Of a stretch of DNA of 64,000 bases, positions 39,168 through 49,128 are shown in pieces; position 1 is the first letter of the stretch, and each line of letters opens with the position of its first letter. Source of the DNA: Candidatus Dadabacteria bacterium (GTDB lineage: Bacteria > Desulfobacterota_D > UBA1144 > Nemesobacterales > Nemesobacteraceae); the NCBI GenBank assembly GCA_007571325.1, contig RKRQ01000098.1, positions 729 to 64,728 on the forward strand, in the 5' to 3' direction. The position numbers and the translations under genes are program-made. The notes under the pieces were generated by a model. That model ran no database searches, had not been told where the DNA came from, and saw nothing but the letters and a program-made list of their open reading frames with translations.

Positions 39168-40493
39168 ATGAATCTAAAAAAAACGTTTTCGCTTCTAATT
39201 TTCTTTTTTCTATTGGCTTTTTTTTCTTTTACGGATACAGCTTCCGCAAGTGGGCTTGATACGGGCGATACGGCTTGGATACTGATTTCAACCGGGCTTG
39301 TTCTTTTCATGATGATTCCTGGACTTGCTCTTTTCTACGGAGGGCTTGTAGGCAAGAAGAACATTCTTTCCGTTCTGATGCAGTGCTTTTCGATTACCGC
39401 GGTCGTGACGCTTATATGGACGGCTTTCGGTTACAGCCTCACTTTTGACACCACTGGGATGGTTGGAGGAGAGCTTGGAGTTAGTGCTTTTGTGGGAGGT
39501 TTTTCAAAGGCGTTTCTAAATGGAGTTAGTACTGATAGTCTTTCGGGAACTATTCCCGAAGTGCTGTTTTTCGCATTTCAGCTTACTTTTGCAATTATCA
39601 CTCCTGGACTTATAATAGGGGCGTTTGCGGAGAGAATGAAGTTCTCGGCGATGCTTTTGTTCAGTGCTCTGTGGGTAATCTTCTGTTACTTCCCTATTGC
39701 TCACATGGTCTGGGGAGGAGAAGGTTCTTACCTAGGAGATATGGGATTGATCGACTTTGCCGGAGGCATAGTTGTTCATATCACCGCGGGTACAGCGGCT
39801 CTTGTGGCTGCAATACTTATCGGTAAAAGAAGAGGTTACCCGAATCAGGTTCCACTTCCTCATAATCTCACTCTTACGATGATAGGTACGGCAATGCTTT
39901 GGGTTGGATGGTTTGGGTTTAACGGAGGAAGTGCTCTGGCAGCGGGAGGACAGGCAGCCATGGCAGTTGTCGTAACTCAGATTTCTCCGTGCGTAGCCGC
40001 TCTCACTTGGATATTCCTTGAATACGTGAGATCTGGTAAACCGAGCGCTCTCGGGTTTGCGACGGGAGCTATCGCGGGTCTTGCAGCGATAACGCCTGCT
40101 TCGGGTACAGTCGGACCAATTGGAGCTATATCTATAGGAATTGTTTCCTCGATATTGGCCTATATAGCCGCTACCTATGTAAAGTTCCGCTTTAAGTATG
40201 ACGATGCCCTTGACGTTGTGGGGGTTCATGGTGTTGGAGGCTTGGTTGGAATCATAATGGTTGCAATTTTTGCCTCAACCTCTTACGGTGGTTCAATAGC
40301 GGACCTCAATATAAGCGCCCAACTCGGCGTGCAGGTCTACGGCGCTATGTTCGCTATTGTCTATACGGCGGTAGTGAGCTTTATAGTTCTTAAGATTGTT
40401 GATCTTTTAGTGGGACTCAGGGTCAATGAGGATGAGGAGAGCCAAGGCCTTGACATAACAGACCATGGAGAAGTGGGCTATTATGACGTCTAG
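39168..40493 (+). CDS. amt: ammonium transporter (Amt family)
   Basis: About 441 aa from MNLKKTF with a signal-like N-terminus. Motifs DTAWILISTGLVLFM, DFAGGIVVHITAG and GVHGVGGLVG. Confidence 0.95.
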   Translation: MNLKKTFSLLIFFFLLAFFSFTDTASASGLDTGDTAWILISTGLVLFMMIPGLALFYGGLVGKKNILSVLMQCFSITAVVTLIWTAFGYSLTFDTTGMVGGELGVSAFVGGFSKAFLNGVSTDSLSGTIPEVLFFAFQLTFAIITPGLIIGAFAERMKFSAMLLFSALWVIFCYFPIAHMVWGGEGSYLGDMGLIDFAGGIVVHITAGTAALVAAILIGKRRGYPNQVPLPHNLTLTMIGTAMLWVGWFGFNGGSALAAGGQAAMAVVVTQISPCVAALTWIFLEYVRSGKPSALGFATGAIAGLAAITPASGTVGPIGAISIGIVSSILAYIAATYVKFRFKYDDALDVVGVHGVGGLVGIIMVAIFASTSYGGSIADLNISAQLGVQVYGAMFAIVYTAVVSFIVLKIVDLLVGLRVNEDEESQGLDITDHGEVGYYDV

Positions 40494-40758
40494 AGCCAAA
40501 GCGGGGATTTATGTGCATGGTTTAGAACTGGACTCCAGAGCAAGCAATACAAGGGTCTGCGATTGTGGTTACTCCGTCGGGGATCCTTGGGTGGTTCCAA
40601 AACAAAAGTACTCGCTTTTCGGCTGGTTCGTAATGAGTTGCGGAATAAGTTATCCGCCTAAGCTTATTAACATAGAGTGTGACCGTTGCGGGGAGATTTT
40701 CAATGTAATTGAGGGAGACAGGAAATTCCTTGACGAATATATGCGCCTTAACCGATGA
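40483..40758 (+). CDS. hypothetical small protein with CxC...CxxC (zinc-ribbon-like)
   Basis: 91 aa from the ATG at 40483 (the track gives 40465). It overlaps the amt stop by 11 nt. VCDCG ... ECDRCG. No family recognised, and it abuts the convergent BFN gene with no spacer. Confidence 0.4.
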   Translation: MTSRAKAGIYVHGLELDSRASNTRVCDCGYSVGDPWVVPKQKYSLFGWFVMSCGISYPPKLINIECDRCGEIFNVIEGDRKFLDEYMRLNR

Positions 40759-41235
40759 TTACATCTTGTACTTGCCGAACTCTTCAGTAGGTATGTCTTC
40801 CAGTATATCGCCCGCGCTTTGATCTTTATCCCCAATTTTTACGCTCAGAGAGGCTTTTATCACATCTTCTTCAACCATAATACGGCACCCGACCCTGAGA
40901 GCTATCGCTATTGCGTCGCTTGGGCGGGAATCCACCAAACACTCTTCTCCGTCTTTTTTAATGCGAAGACGAGCGTAAAATGTGTTTTCCCGAAGTTCCG
41001 TGATCTCTATTTCACTGACCTCGTATCCTGTCGCGATAATTACGTTTTTCAGAAGATCGTGGGTGAGAGGTCTCGGCCTTGGGGTTTTCTTGATCTCCAT
41101 GGCTATAGCGCTTGCCTCCTCAAATCCCACCCAAAGAGGAAGACTCTTCTCTCCATTCTCTTCGTTTAGAATGACGACGGGCATATCGGTAAACGGGTCG
41201 GCAACTATGCAGGAAACTTTCATTTCAAGAAACAT
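40759..41235 (-). CDS. bifunctional nuclease family protein (DUF151)
   Basis: 158 aa with PVVILNEENGEKSLPLWVG..EA.AIA, RPLTHDL and SRPSDAIAIALR. Confidence 0.8.
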   Translation of the reverse strand: MFLEMKVSCIVADPFTDMPVVILNEENGEKSLPLWVGFEEASAIAMEIKKTPRPRPLTHDLLKNVIIATGYEVSEIEITELRENTFYARLRIKKDGEECLVDSRPSDAIAIALRVGCRIMVEEDVIKASLSVKIGDKDQSAGDILEDIPTEEFGKYKM

Positions 41236-41255
41236 TTTTTCTCCTCCCTTCTTAC

Positions 41256-42566
41256 TTAATTCAGATATTGTCCTCTAAGCGAATTTGCAAGTCCTTCGGT
41301 TATCCTTACGTCCACCATTTTTCCGATAAGCTCTTTTCTCCCCGCGAAATTCACTATTCTGTTATGCTGCGTCCTGCCGCAAAGCCATGAGGAGTCGTTC
41401 CTACTTTCCTCTTCAACCAGCACCTGTTCAGCTTTTCCTACCCTCTCCATGTTTTTCGCAAGTGTTATTCCTCTCTGATAATTCTGAAGACGCGCGAGCC
41501 TCTCTCTCGCCGTCAAGTCTTTTACACGTTCATCTGATCTCCAGAGTTCTTCACCTACCGTTCCTGGTCGCGGGGAATACTTAAACGAGAAGAAACTGTC
41601 AAACTCTATTTCCTCTACGAGGCTCATAGTCTGCTCAAAGTCCTCTTCGGTCTCTCCTGGAAATCCCACTATCATATCAGAAGATATAGCTATGTCCGGC
41701 ATAGCATCCCTTAGCCTTTTAACCGAGTCTATGTACCAATTCCTTGTATAAGTCCTGTTCATGAGTTTTAGTACCCTGTCGGAACCGGACTGCACGGGAA
41801 GGTGGATATGATGGCATACTTTGGGTATCTGCGCCATTGCTTCCACCATTTTCTTTGTTATGTCTCTGGGATAAGATGTAGTGAACCTTATTCTCTCAAG
41901 ACCGTCGATTTCCCCGATTGTCCGAAGCAGGTCTCCGAACTTAAGTTTTCCCAGTTTCCATGAGTTGACCGTCTGCCCTATCAGAGTTATCTCTTTTACT
42001 CCTTTTGCTATCAAGTACTGCGCTTCGGCCTTTATATCGTTGACCGGTCTGTTCACTTCCGCCCCCCTTACCGTGGGTACTATGCAGTAAGCGCATTTCT
42101 TGTTGCATCCTTGCTGTATGGAAACAAACGCCGTGGGTTTTCCCTCCTGGTGATAGGGAAGAATATCAAAGGGTTCTTCCACATCAAAAGACGTTTCGAT
42201 GGGTCGTGACCTTGTTTCCCTTATATCTTTTATGAGGCTTGCAAGTCCTGGGATTGCGCGGGGTCCGAGCACGAAGTCTAGATGAGGAATTTTTTGTATG
42301 AGTTCTTCTCCGTAGAGTTGCGCCACGCATCCCGATACGCCTACGATGAGCTCAGGGTTTTTAGCCTTAAGGTGTTTGAATCGTCCTAGGCTGCTAAGCG
42401 CCTTCTGGTCGGCTTTTTCCCTTATGGCGCAGGTGTTAACTATTACTATGTTGGCTTCCTTGGGGTTTTTGGTGATACTGGCGCCGAGAGCATTTTGTAT
42501 CCTGTCCGAATCATACTCGTTCATCTGGCATCCGTAGGTTTCGATATAAAGGGTTTCCGTCTTCAT
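41256..42566 (-). CDS. miaB: tRNA-2-methylthio-N6-dimethylallyladenosine synthase
   Basis: 436 aa with N-terminal YIETYGCQMN, radical-SAM CNKKCAYC and a TRAM domain. Confidence 0.95.
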   Translation of the reverse strand: MKTETLYIETYGCQMNEYDSDRIQNALGASITKNPKEANIVIVNTCAIREKADQKALSSLGRFKHLKAKNPELIVGVSGCVAQLYGEELIQKIPHLDFVLGPRAIPGLASLIKDIRETRSRPIETSFDVEEPFDILPYHQEGKPTAFVSIQQGCNKKCAYCIVPTVRGAEVNRPVNDIKAEAQYLIAKGVKEITLIGQTVNSWKLGKLKFGDLLRTIGEIDGLERIRFTTSYPRDITKKMVEAMAQIPKVCHHIHLPVQSGSDRVLKLMNRTYTRNWYIDSVKRLRDAMPDIAISSDMIVGFPGETEEDFEQTMSLVEEIEFDSFFSFKYSPRPGTVGEELWRSDERVKDLTARERLARLQNYQRGITLAKNMERVGKAEQVLVEEESRNDSSWLCGRTQHNRIVNFAGRKELIGKMVDVRITEGLANSLRGQYLN

Positions 42567-42805
42567 GAGTAAGGGAAATCCTAACGCATGGCAGTATAAG
42601 TATCAAGAAGATTGAAAAGAGAATCTTTCAGCAAGTAAAGAGTTTAGGCGTCTCCGTGGAGGTTTAGGATGATTTTTTTTGATAAATTGTCATTCATACA
42701 TTAAAATATCAGTCCTAAGGCGTTGAGAAGATAAGTTTGGGGTCAGCTTGAGAGCCTTTCGTTAGGAGGATAATTCGAAACAAAAGATGTTCTGAGAATG
42801 TAAGA

Positions 42806-44116
42806 ATGGCAACCGATAGATCGCAATTTCAGTCACCAAATGCTCCGGACCGAGGGGGGTTGTTTGGTTGGACGGCGGATATTAACAGTGATCAGTGGAA
42901 GTCTTTTATAGCCGCCTTTTTGGGATGGTCGCTTGATGCTATGGATCTTCTGCTTTTTGCTTTTGCAGTCGGAAGCATCGCAGAAGTTTTCAATCTTTCT
43001 CCTGAAAAAGTAGGTTTGCTTTTCTCCGTGACGCTTTTTTCCTCCGCTTTCGGAGGAGCCCTGTTCGGCATAGTTTCAGACTATATAGGAAGGGTAAGAG
43101 CCCTTACCTACACTATTCTGCTCTATTCCTTTTTCACCGGTCTTAGCGCATTTTCTCCCAACGTAATTTTTCTTCTTGTTTGCAGGGCGTTTCTCGGGCT
43201 CGGTATGGGCGGCGAGTGGGCCTCGGGAGAAGTTCTTGTGGCCGAATCATGGCCGAAGAAACACAGGGGAAAAGTTATTGGAATGGTGCAAAGCGGCTGG
43301 GCAGTCGGCTACATTCTGGCAGCCCTTCTGGCCACTTTGATTCTTCCGTATTTTGAAGTAGATCTTGGATGGAGAATACTCTTTTTGATCGGAGTGACTC
43401 CGGCGTTTCTGGTCTTTTACATAAGGCGCAATCTTTCTGAACCTGAGATATGGCGAAAAACCTCCCGCATGAGAAAAGAGAAGAAACTTGAGGATGGGGG
43501 GAATGAATTTACCCTGAGTCAGATATTTAAGGGAGGTCTTCTCCGTTACACAATATCGGCTACTCTTCTTACAAGTCTCTGTATGCTTGCTTACTGGGGT
43601 CTTATGTTCTGGGTTCCCCAGTTTTTTGCAAAACCCATTGAGGAGGGGGGAGTAGGACTTGGCCTAAAAGGATTTATTTGGGTAATCCCCCTTAATATTG
43701 GAGCTTTTCTCGGGTGCAATACTTTCGGATGGATAAGCGACAGGTTAGGTAGGAGACCGGTTTTCATCTCTTACTTGCTGATCATGGCCGTGCTTACATA
43801 TTTCTTTGGACAGTCAACTACTCTTACGCAGGTTCTCATTCTTGGTCCGCTTGTAGGATTCTTCGGAACGGGCTTTTATTCAGGATTCGGTGCTATGTTC
43901 TCCGAAATATTCCCCACCAGAGCCAGAGGAACCGCCCAGGGCTTCTGCTATAACGTGGGAAGGGGGGTATCGGCAATCGCACCTCCTCTCGTGGGCTATA
44001 TAGCGGGAATGAAAGGTTATGGTTCAGCTCTCGTCACTGTTTCAATTTTTGCTATTCTTGCTGCTTTGGTCGTTCTGACTCTTCCTGAGACGAGAGGCAA
44101 GGAGCTTGAAATATAG
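42806..44116 (+). CDS. MFS transporter (metabolite:H+ symporter type)
   Basis: 436 aa, 12 TM pattern, with SDYIGRVR and ISDRLGRRP loop motifs. Confidence 0.85.
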   Translation: MATDRSQFQSPNAPDRGGLFGWTADINSDQWKSFIAAFLGWSLDAMDLLLFAFAVGSIAEVFNLSPEKVGLLFSVTLFSSAFGGALFGIVSDYIGRVRALTYTILLYSFFTGLSAFSPNVIFLLVCRAFLGLGMGGEWASGEVLVAESWPKKHRGKVIGMVQSGWAVGYILAALLATLILPYFEVDLGWRILFLIGVTPAFLVFYIRRNLSEPEIWRKTSRMRKEKKLEDGGNEFTLSQIFKGGLLRYTISATLLTSLCMLAYWGLMFWVPQFFAKPIEEGGVGLGLKGFIWVIPLNIGAFLGCNTFGWISDRLGRRPVFISYLLIMAVLTYFFGQSTTLTQVLILGPLVGFFGTGFYSGFGAMFSEIFPTRARGTAQGFCYNVGRGVSAIAPPLVGYIAGMKGYGSALVTVSIFAILAALVVLTLPETRGKELEI

Positions 44117-44139
44117 CGCTTCGGTATTTTCTGCCTCTG

Positions 44140-45951
44140 ATGCGTGAAAAGATTCTTGAGCTTTCTAACTCGTTTCCCACCACCACCGGTATTTATATAA
44201 TGAAAGGCTCGGGTGGTAAACCTATCTACATAGGCAAGGCCAAGAATCTCCGTGCCCGCGTAATGTCCTATTTCCAGAAGCAGAGAGATAGAGGACAGAT
44301 TCCTTACATGGTAAGGGAAGTCGACTCGATCGATTACGTGGTTACTGATGGGGAAAGCGAGGCTCTTTTTATCGAAAACTCCCTTATAAAACGTCATAAG
44401 CCAAAGTACAACATACGGCTTAAGGACGACAAGACTTTCTCGTCTCTTCGTCTCTCCATTGAAGAGAAGTTTCCGAGGCTTTCGCGTACGAGGAGGATAA
44501 AAGACGGTGGAGCGTTTTATTTCGGCCCGTTTGCCTCGGGCAAGTTTCTTAAAAACACCATAAGCCTGGTTCACAGACTTTTTCCCCTAAGGGATTGTAC
44601 GCAGAGCAAGTTTGAAAGGCACAAGACTCGTCCTTGTCTCAACTACTTTATGAAGCTTTGTTCAGGGCCCTGCGCGGGCAAAATCTCGGAGGAAGACTAT
44701 GGAGAACTTGTGCGCCAGGCGACGTCGTTTCTTCGCGGGGAGAGAAAGAAACTGGTCAAAATGATCAGGGAGATGATGGAGAAAGCCTCAGAAGAGGCAA
44801 GGTATGAAAAAGCAGCTTATTATCGTGACCAGCTCGTGAGCCTCAGGGAGAACGCCGAAATTGAGAAGATTACTTCCTCAAGGTTCGAAGATATGGATAT
44901 AGTAGGTTTTTACCGGGAGTCTGAGCACTATGAATTTACTGTTCTTTTGTCAAGAGGAGGTTCCATAGTAGACAAGCTAGATTTTTCCGTGAAAAGTTTC
45001 CACGGCGATGAAACTGAATCCCTAAGGGAATTTCTCGGCAGATTTTACTTCTCCGATCACTACATTCCCAAGAGGGTGCTATTTCCGGTTTCCATAAGGG
45101 ACCGTGAAGGATACTGTCAGTGGCTCACCGAAAAAAAAGGAAAGCGGGTTTACCTTGAGTCTCCTAAGAAGGGATCCAAGAACGAGCTTGTACGCCTCGC
45201 TATGAGAAATGCGCGTGAGAGTTTCTCCAGAAAAGCTGAGGAAAAAGCCAAGCAGGGAAAGCTTCTTAAAAGCATAAGAAAGTCAGCCGGAATAAAACGC
45301 GTCCCGTGCACCATAGAGTGTTTTGACATATCGAATATCCAGGGGCACCAGATAGTCGCGTCGCTTGTCAGGTTTCGAAACGCAAAGCCGGAAAGAGACA
45401 GGTATAGAAGGTACAGGATTACGACTACCTCCGGTCAGGATGATTTTCAGTCAATGTATGAGGTTGTCTACAGAAGGGCGCTTAGGGCAACGGAGAATAA
45501 CTGGGACCTTCCAGACCTGATTCTTATAGATGGGGGAAAGGGACAGCTAAATGCTGCCCGTGAGGCGCTTCAGGAGTGCAAGGTGGAAAATGACGTTGAT
45601 CTTGCCTCGATAGCTAAAGCCGAAGGACGAACGAGAATCGATAAAATCTACCTATACGGAAAAGATGAGCCTTGCGATTTTTCATCTAATAAAAAGGGCA
45701 TTTACTTTCTGATGAGAATAAGAGATGAGGCTCACCGTTTCGCGATTACCCATCACAGAGAATTGAGAAAGGATAAAACCTTGGCTTCGCAGATGGATGG
45801 TGTTCCGGGGATAGGAAAAAAAAGAAAAATTTTGCTGCTTAACCACTTCGGAACCGTGGAGAAAATAAAGGGAGCCACTGCCGAAGAACTTGCCTCCATA
45901 AAAGGTATGACAAAACAGGCCGCGCGTAATGTAAAGGAGTTTTTACACTGA
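44140..45951 (+). CDS. uvrC: excinuclease ABC subunit C
   Basis: 603 aa with a GIY-YIG N-terminus (GIYIMKG...IYIGKAKNL), UVR domain, endonuclease V-like domain and C-terminal (HhH)2. Confidence 0.95.
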   Translation: MREKILELSNSFPTTTGIYIMKGSGGKPIYIGKAKNLRARVMSYFQKQRDRGQIPYMVREVDSIDYVVTDGESEALFIENSLIKRHKPKYNIRLKDDKTFSSLRLSIEEKFPRLSRTRRIKDGGAFYFGPFASGKFLKNTISLVHRLFPLRDCTQSKFERHKTRPCLNYFMKLCSGPCAGKISEEDYGELVRQATSFLRGERKKLVKMIREMMEKASEEARYEKAAYYRDQLVSLRENAEIEKITSSRFEDMDIVGFYRESEHYEFTVLLSRGGSIVDKLDFSVKSFHGDETESLREFLGRFYFSDHYIPKRVLFPVSIRDREGYCQWLTEKKGKRVYLESPKKGSKNELVRLAMRNARESFSRKAEEKAKQGKLLKSIRKSAGIKRVPCTIECFDISNIQGHQIVASLVRFRNAKPERDRYRRYRITTTSGQDDFQSMYEVVYRRALRATENNWDLPDLILIDGGKGQLNAAREALQECKVENDVDLASIAKAEGRTRIDKIYLYGKDEPCDFSSNKKGIYFLMRIRDEAHRFAITHHRELRKDKTLASQMDGVPGIGKKRKILLLNHFGTVEKIKGATAEELASIKGMTKQAARNVKEFLH

Positions 45952-46033
45952 CCGGTCTTGTATATGGGATAAATTGAGAGCGGTAGTGGGATAAAAAACA
46001 GTTGGCGAATGTGTTGCCCGGTTTTTTGTCCAC

Positions 46034-46939
46034 CTAATCCAGAAGACAGAATTCAAGTATGGCTTTTCCCGCATGAAGTTTGTTTTCTGCCTGCGCAAAA
46101 GCGATACAGAAGGGACTGTCCATGACTTGCGCGGTTATTTCTTCTCCTCTGTGTGCCGGAAGACAGTGCATCACAAAAGGGTTTTTACTGCACAAAGAGA
46201 GAAGCTTGCTGTTTACTTGAAAAGGTTTGAAAACTTCTGTTCCCTTTCGCTCTTCCCCCATACTTATCCAGACATCGGTGTATATTATATCGGCGTCTCT
46301 TACGGCGTCAGCAGGATTGTAAGTAACTCCAATTTCGGAATTTCCAAGTTCCATGGCCTCGCCCATAACTCTTGCGTTGGGTTCATGTCCGGGAGGAACG
46401 CAAATTGACAGGTTAAAGCCCATTGTGGCGGATGCCGCCACAAAAGAATTGGCTATATTATTTCCATCACCGAGAAAAGCGAGCTTAAAGTTTTCAAGAT
46501 CAATTCCTTGTTCCGAGATAGAAAAAAGATCAGAGATTATCTGTGTTGGATGTTCAAGATCGGTAAGGGCGTTTATTACCGGAACTGATGAGTGATAAGA
46601 GAGTTCTAGGGCCTTGTTCTGTCCGTAAGTTCTTATGATTATTCCGTCAAGGTAGGATGAGAGAATCTTTGCCGTGTCAGCTATGGTTTCTCCTCTTCCC
46701 AGTTGCGTATCCACAGGGTTCAAATAAATTGCTTGGGCCCCCAGTTGGAAAAGACCCGCTTGGAATGAAAGTCTTGTTCTGGTTGACTGTTTTTCAAAAA
46801 GAAGACCGACAGACATGCCCTCAAGGCTCTTGAGACTCTTGCCCTGTTTTTTCAACTCCTTAAGTTCACCCGCCCGGCGTATTATCTTTTTTATGTCGTT
46901 TTTTTTAAGATCCGAGATTTCAAGAAGATTCCTACCCAC
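46034..46939 (-). CDS. argF: ornithine carbamoyltransferase
   Basis: 301 aa with FEKQSTRTRLSF and HCLPAHRGEE, in an arginine-gene context. A related transcarbamylase specificity cannot be excluded from sequence alone. Confidence 0.85.
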   Translation of the reverse strand: MGRNLLEISDLKKNDIKKIIRRAGELKELKKQGKSLKSLEGMSVGLLFEKQSTRTRLSFQAGLFQLGAQAIYLNPVDTQLGRGETIADTAKILSSYLDGIIIRTYGQNKALELSYHSSVPVINALTDLEHPTQIISDLFSISEQGIDLENFKLAFLGDGNNIANSFVAASATMGFNLSICVPPGHEPNARVMGEAMELGNSEIGVTYNPADAVRDADIIYTDVWISMGEERKGTEVFKPFQVNSKLLSLCSKNPFVMHCLPAHRGEEITAQVMDSPFCIAFAQAENKLHAGKAILEFCLLD

Positions 46940-48140
46940 TTGAAATTACCTCCTCAATAGATTTTTTTATTACCGTGACGGCGAAATTAATTTCTTCTTC
47001 ACTAGTATTTAGGGGAGGAAGAATCCGAAACACACGCTCAACTGTGAGTATAACTAGAAGACCATTGCTAACCGAAGAGGAAAAACAATCCCTCGCGAAG
47101 TTGCGGTCTGAGAACTCGACCCCGAGCATGAGCCCTTTTCCTCTCGCATCCTTTATTTGCTTGGGATATTTTTTCTGCACCTCTTTTAGTCTAAAGAGAA
47201 AATACTCCCCCAGCCTATCCGCTTTCTGGACAAGATTTTCTTCAATTATAGTTTCGACCGTAGCGCAAGCCGCCCTAGTTGCCAAGGGGTTGCCCCCAAA
47301 AGTACTTCCGTGAGTTCCTTGAGTAAAGTGCCTAGCTATGCCTTCCTTAGCTAAAACCGCGCCGCACGGCACTCCTCCACCCAAGGCCTTTGCGAGAGCT
47401 ACTATATCGGGCTCTACCTTCTCGTGCTCGTAGGCAAAGAGTTTTCCCGTTCTCCCCATCCCGGTTTGGATTTCATCCAGTATTAGCAGCATATTATTTT
47501 TCTCACAGATTTCTTTTACCCGTATCAGGTATCCAGGGGGCGGAATGATAACTCCGTTTTCTCCTTGCACTGGCTCAAGAATCACTGCGCACGGGTTTGT
47601 TTTAGATGCTAGATGGGCAATCGCGTCAGGGTCCGCGTAAGGAACAAAGTAAAATCCTTCGAGGAGAGGAGAAAATCCTTCCCTGTATTTCTCCGGTCCA
47701 GTGGCGCTCAGTGCTCCGAAAGTCCTTCCGTGGAAAGCTCCCTCTGTTGAGATAATTGCGTATCTTCCACCGTTTTGCTCTCCCCATTTTCTAGCGAGTT
47801 TTATTGACCCTTCAACGGCCTCGGTTCCGCTGTTGCAGAAAAACACCCTGTCGGCAAATGAGTTTGAAACAAGTATTTCAGATAGAGAGCTCTGGTTTTC
47901 TATGTTAAAAAGATTTGATGTATGAACCAGCCTAGTAGCCTGAGATATTATTGCATTGGTGATTTTGGGATGACAGTGACCGAGATTGTTAACTGCTATC
48001 CCAGTTGTATAGTCGAGATATTTTTTCCCCTCCATGTCCCAGAGCCATGAACCGCTTCCGCTGCGCATTGTCAGGGGAAGACGACCGTAGGTCTTCATAA
48101 GGTATTTGCCTTGCAGGTCTTTTATCTCCCCCAAAGTCAA
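46932..48140 (-). CDS. argD: acetylornithine aminotransferase
   Basis: 402 aa, class-III PLP aminotransferase, with DEIQTGMGRTG and LAKALGGG. 8-nt overlap with argF. Confidence 0.9.
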   Translation of the reverse strand: MTLGEIKDLQGKYLMKTYGRLPLTMRSGSGSWLWDMEGKKYLDYTTGIAVNNLGHCHPKITNAIISQATRLVHTSNLFNIENQSSLSEILVSNSFADRVFFCNSGTEAVEGSIKLARKWGEQNGGRYAIISTEGAFHGRTFGALSATGPEKYREGFSPLLEGFYFVPYADPDAIAHLASKTNPCAVILEPVQGENGVIIPPPGYLIRVKEICEKNNMLLILDEIQTGMGRTGKLFAYEHEKVEPDIVALAKALGGGVPCGAVLAKEGIARHFTQGTHGSTFGGNPLATRAACATVETIIEENLVQKADRLGEYFLFRLKEVQKKYPKQIKDARGKGLMLGVEFSDRNFARDCFSSSVSNGLLVILTVERVFRILPPLNTSEEEINFAVTVIKKSIEEVISSG

Positions 48141-49018
48141 AGGGTTATCTCCGTTCCTATTCCCGAATTGGTAAGAAGCTCCAGTATCAGAGCCCTTTTT
48201 GTCGTTCCGTTTATTATATGAACCTTGTCTACTCCTTCTTCTAGGGCATCAAGCGCGCACATCACCTTCGGGATCATTCCACTGTTTATAGTTTCGTTCC
48301 TGATAAGTCTTTCACACTCTTTTTTTGTTACGGAGGATATGAGATTTCCTTTCTTATCGAGTATGCCGTCCACGTTGGTCAACAGTATGAGCTTTGATGC
48401 GCCAAGCGCTCCAGCTATTTTTCCCGCCACCTGGTCCGCGTTTATGTTGTAGGTGGTTCCATCCTCCCCTGAACCTATAGGAGCTATAATCGGAATTACT
48501 TCTTTACTCTCAAGAACCTTTATTATCTCAGGGTTTATTTCAAGGATTTCCCCGACATATCCTAGGTCGGAGTCCTCAGGGATATTTATGTTGTGCTCGG
48601 AAGCAAATTTATGCACGTTGAATTTTTTGGCTTTTATGAGATTTCCTTCTTTGCCCGAAAGCCCTACCGCTTCCATGTTGTGGCGGTTTATCGACGTTAT
48701 AATTTGCTGGTTTATCTTTCCGACAAGAACCATCTCTACCACTTCCATTACACGCTCTTCAGTGATGCGGAGTCCGGCTATGAAGTCTGATTTTATTCCC
48801 AGCAAATCAAGATGCTCTTGGATCTGGGGTCCACCACCGTGTACGACCACCGGTTTTATTCCGACATACTTCATCAATACAAGATCGCGCACGAAATTCG
48901 ATAGATCCTCCCTGCCGATGCTCCCCCCGTATTTGACCACTACGGTTTTACCGTGAAACATCTCTATGTATGGAAGCGCTTCAACCAGTATTTCGGCCCT
49001 TATTGTCGAGTCCTTCAT
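48137..49018 (-). CDS. argB: acetylglutamate kinase
   Basis: VVKYGGS, VVHGGGPQI and NINADQVAG motifs. ATG at 49018 has AAGGAG 7 nt upstream and is preferred over the track's 49057. 4-nt overlap with argD. Confidence 0.9.
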   Translation of the reverse strand: MKDSTIRAEILVEALPYIEMFHGKTVVVKYGGSIGREDLSNFVRDLVLMKYVGIKPVVVHGGGPQIQEHLDLLGIKSDFIAGLRITEERVMEVVEMVLVGKINQQIITSINRHNMEAVGLSGKEGNLIKAKKFNVHKFASEHNINIPEDSDLGYVGEILEINPEIIKVLESKEVIPIIAPIGSGEDGTTYNINADQVAGKIAGALGASKLILLTNVDGILDKKGNLISSVTKKECERLIRNETINSGMIPKVMCALDALEEGVDKVHIINGTTKRALILELLTNSGIGTEITL

Positions 49019-49128
49019 AAAAAACTCCTTTGCATAAAAACGAACATTATATAGCAACCGAGGTTTTTATTACAACACCTCAGGAATAATCATATACCAG
49101 AATCCAGAATTGCGGGTGGAGAGGGGGC

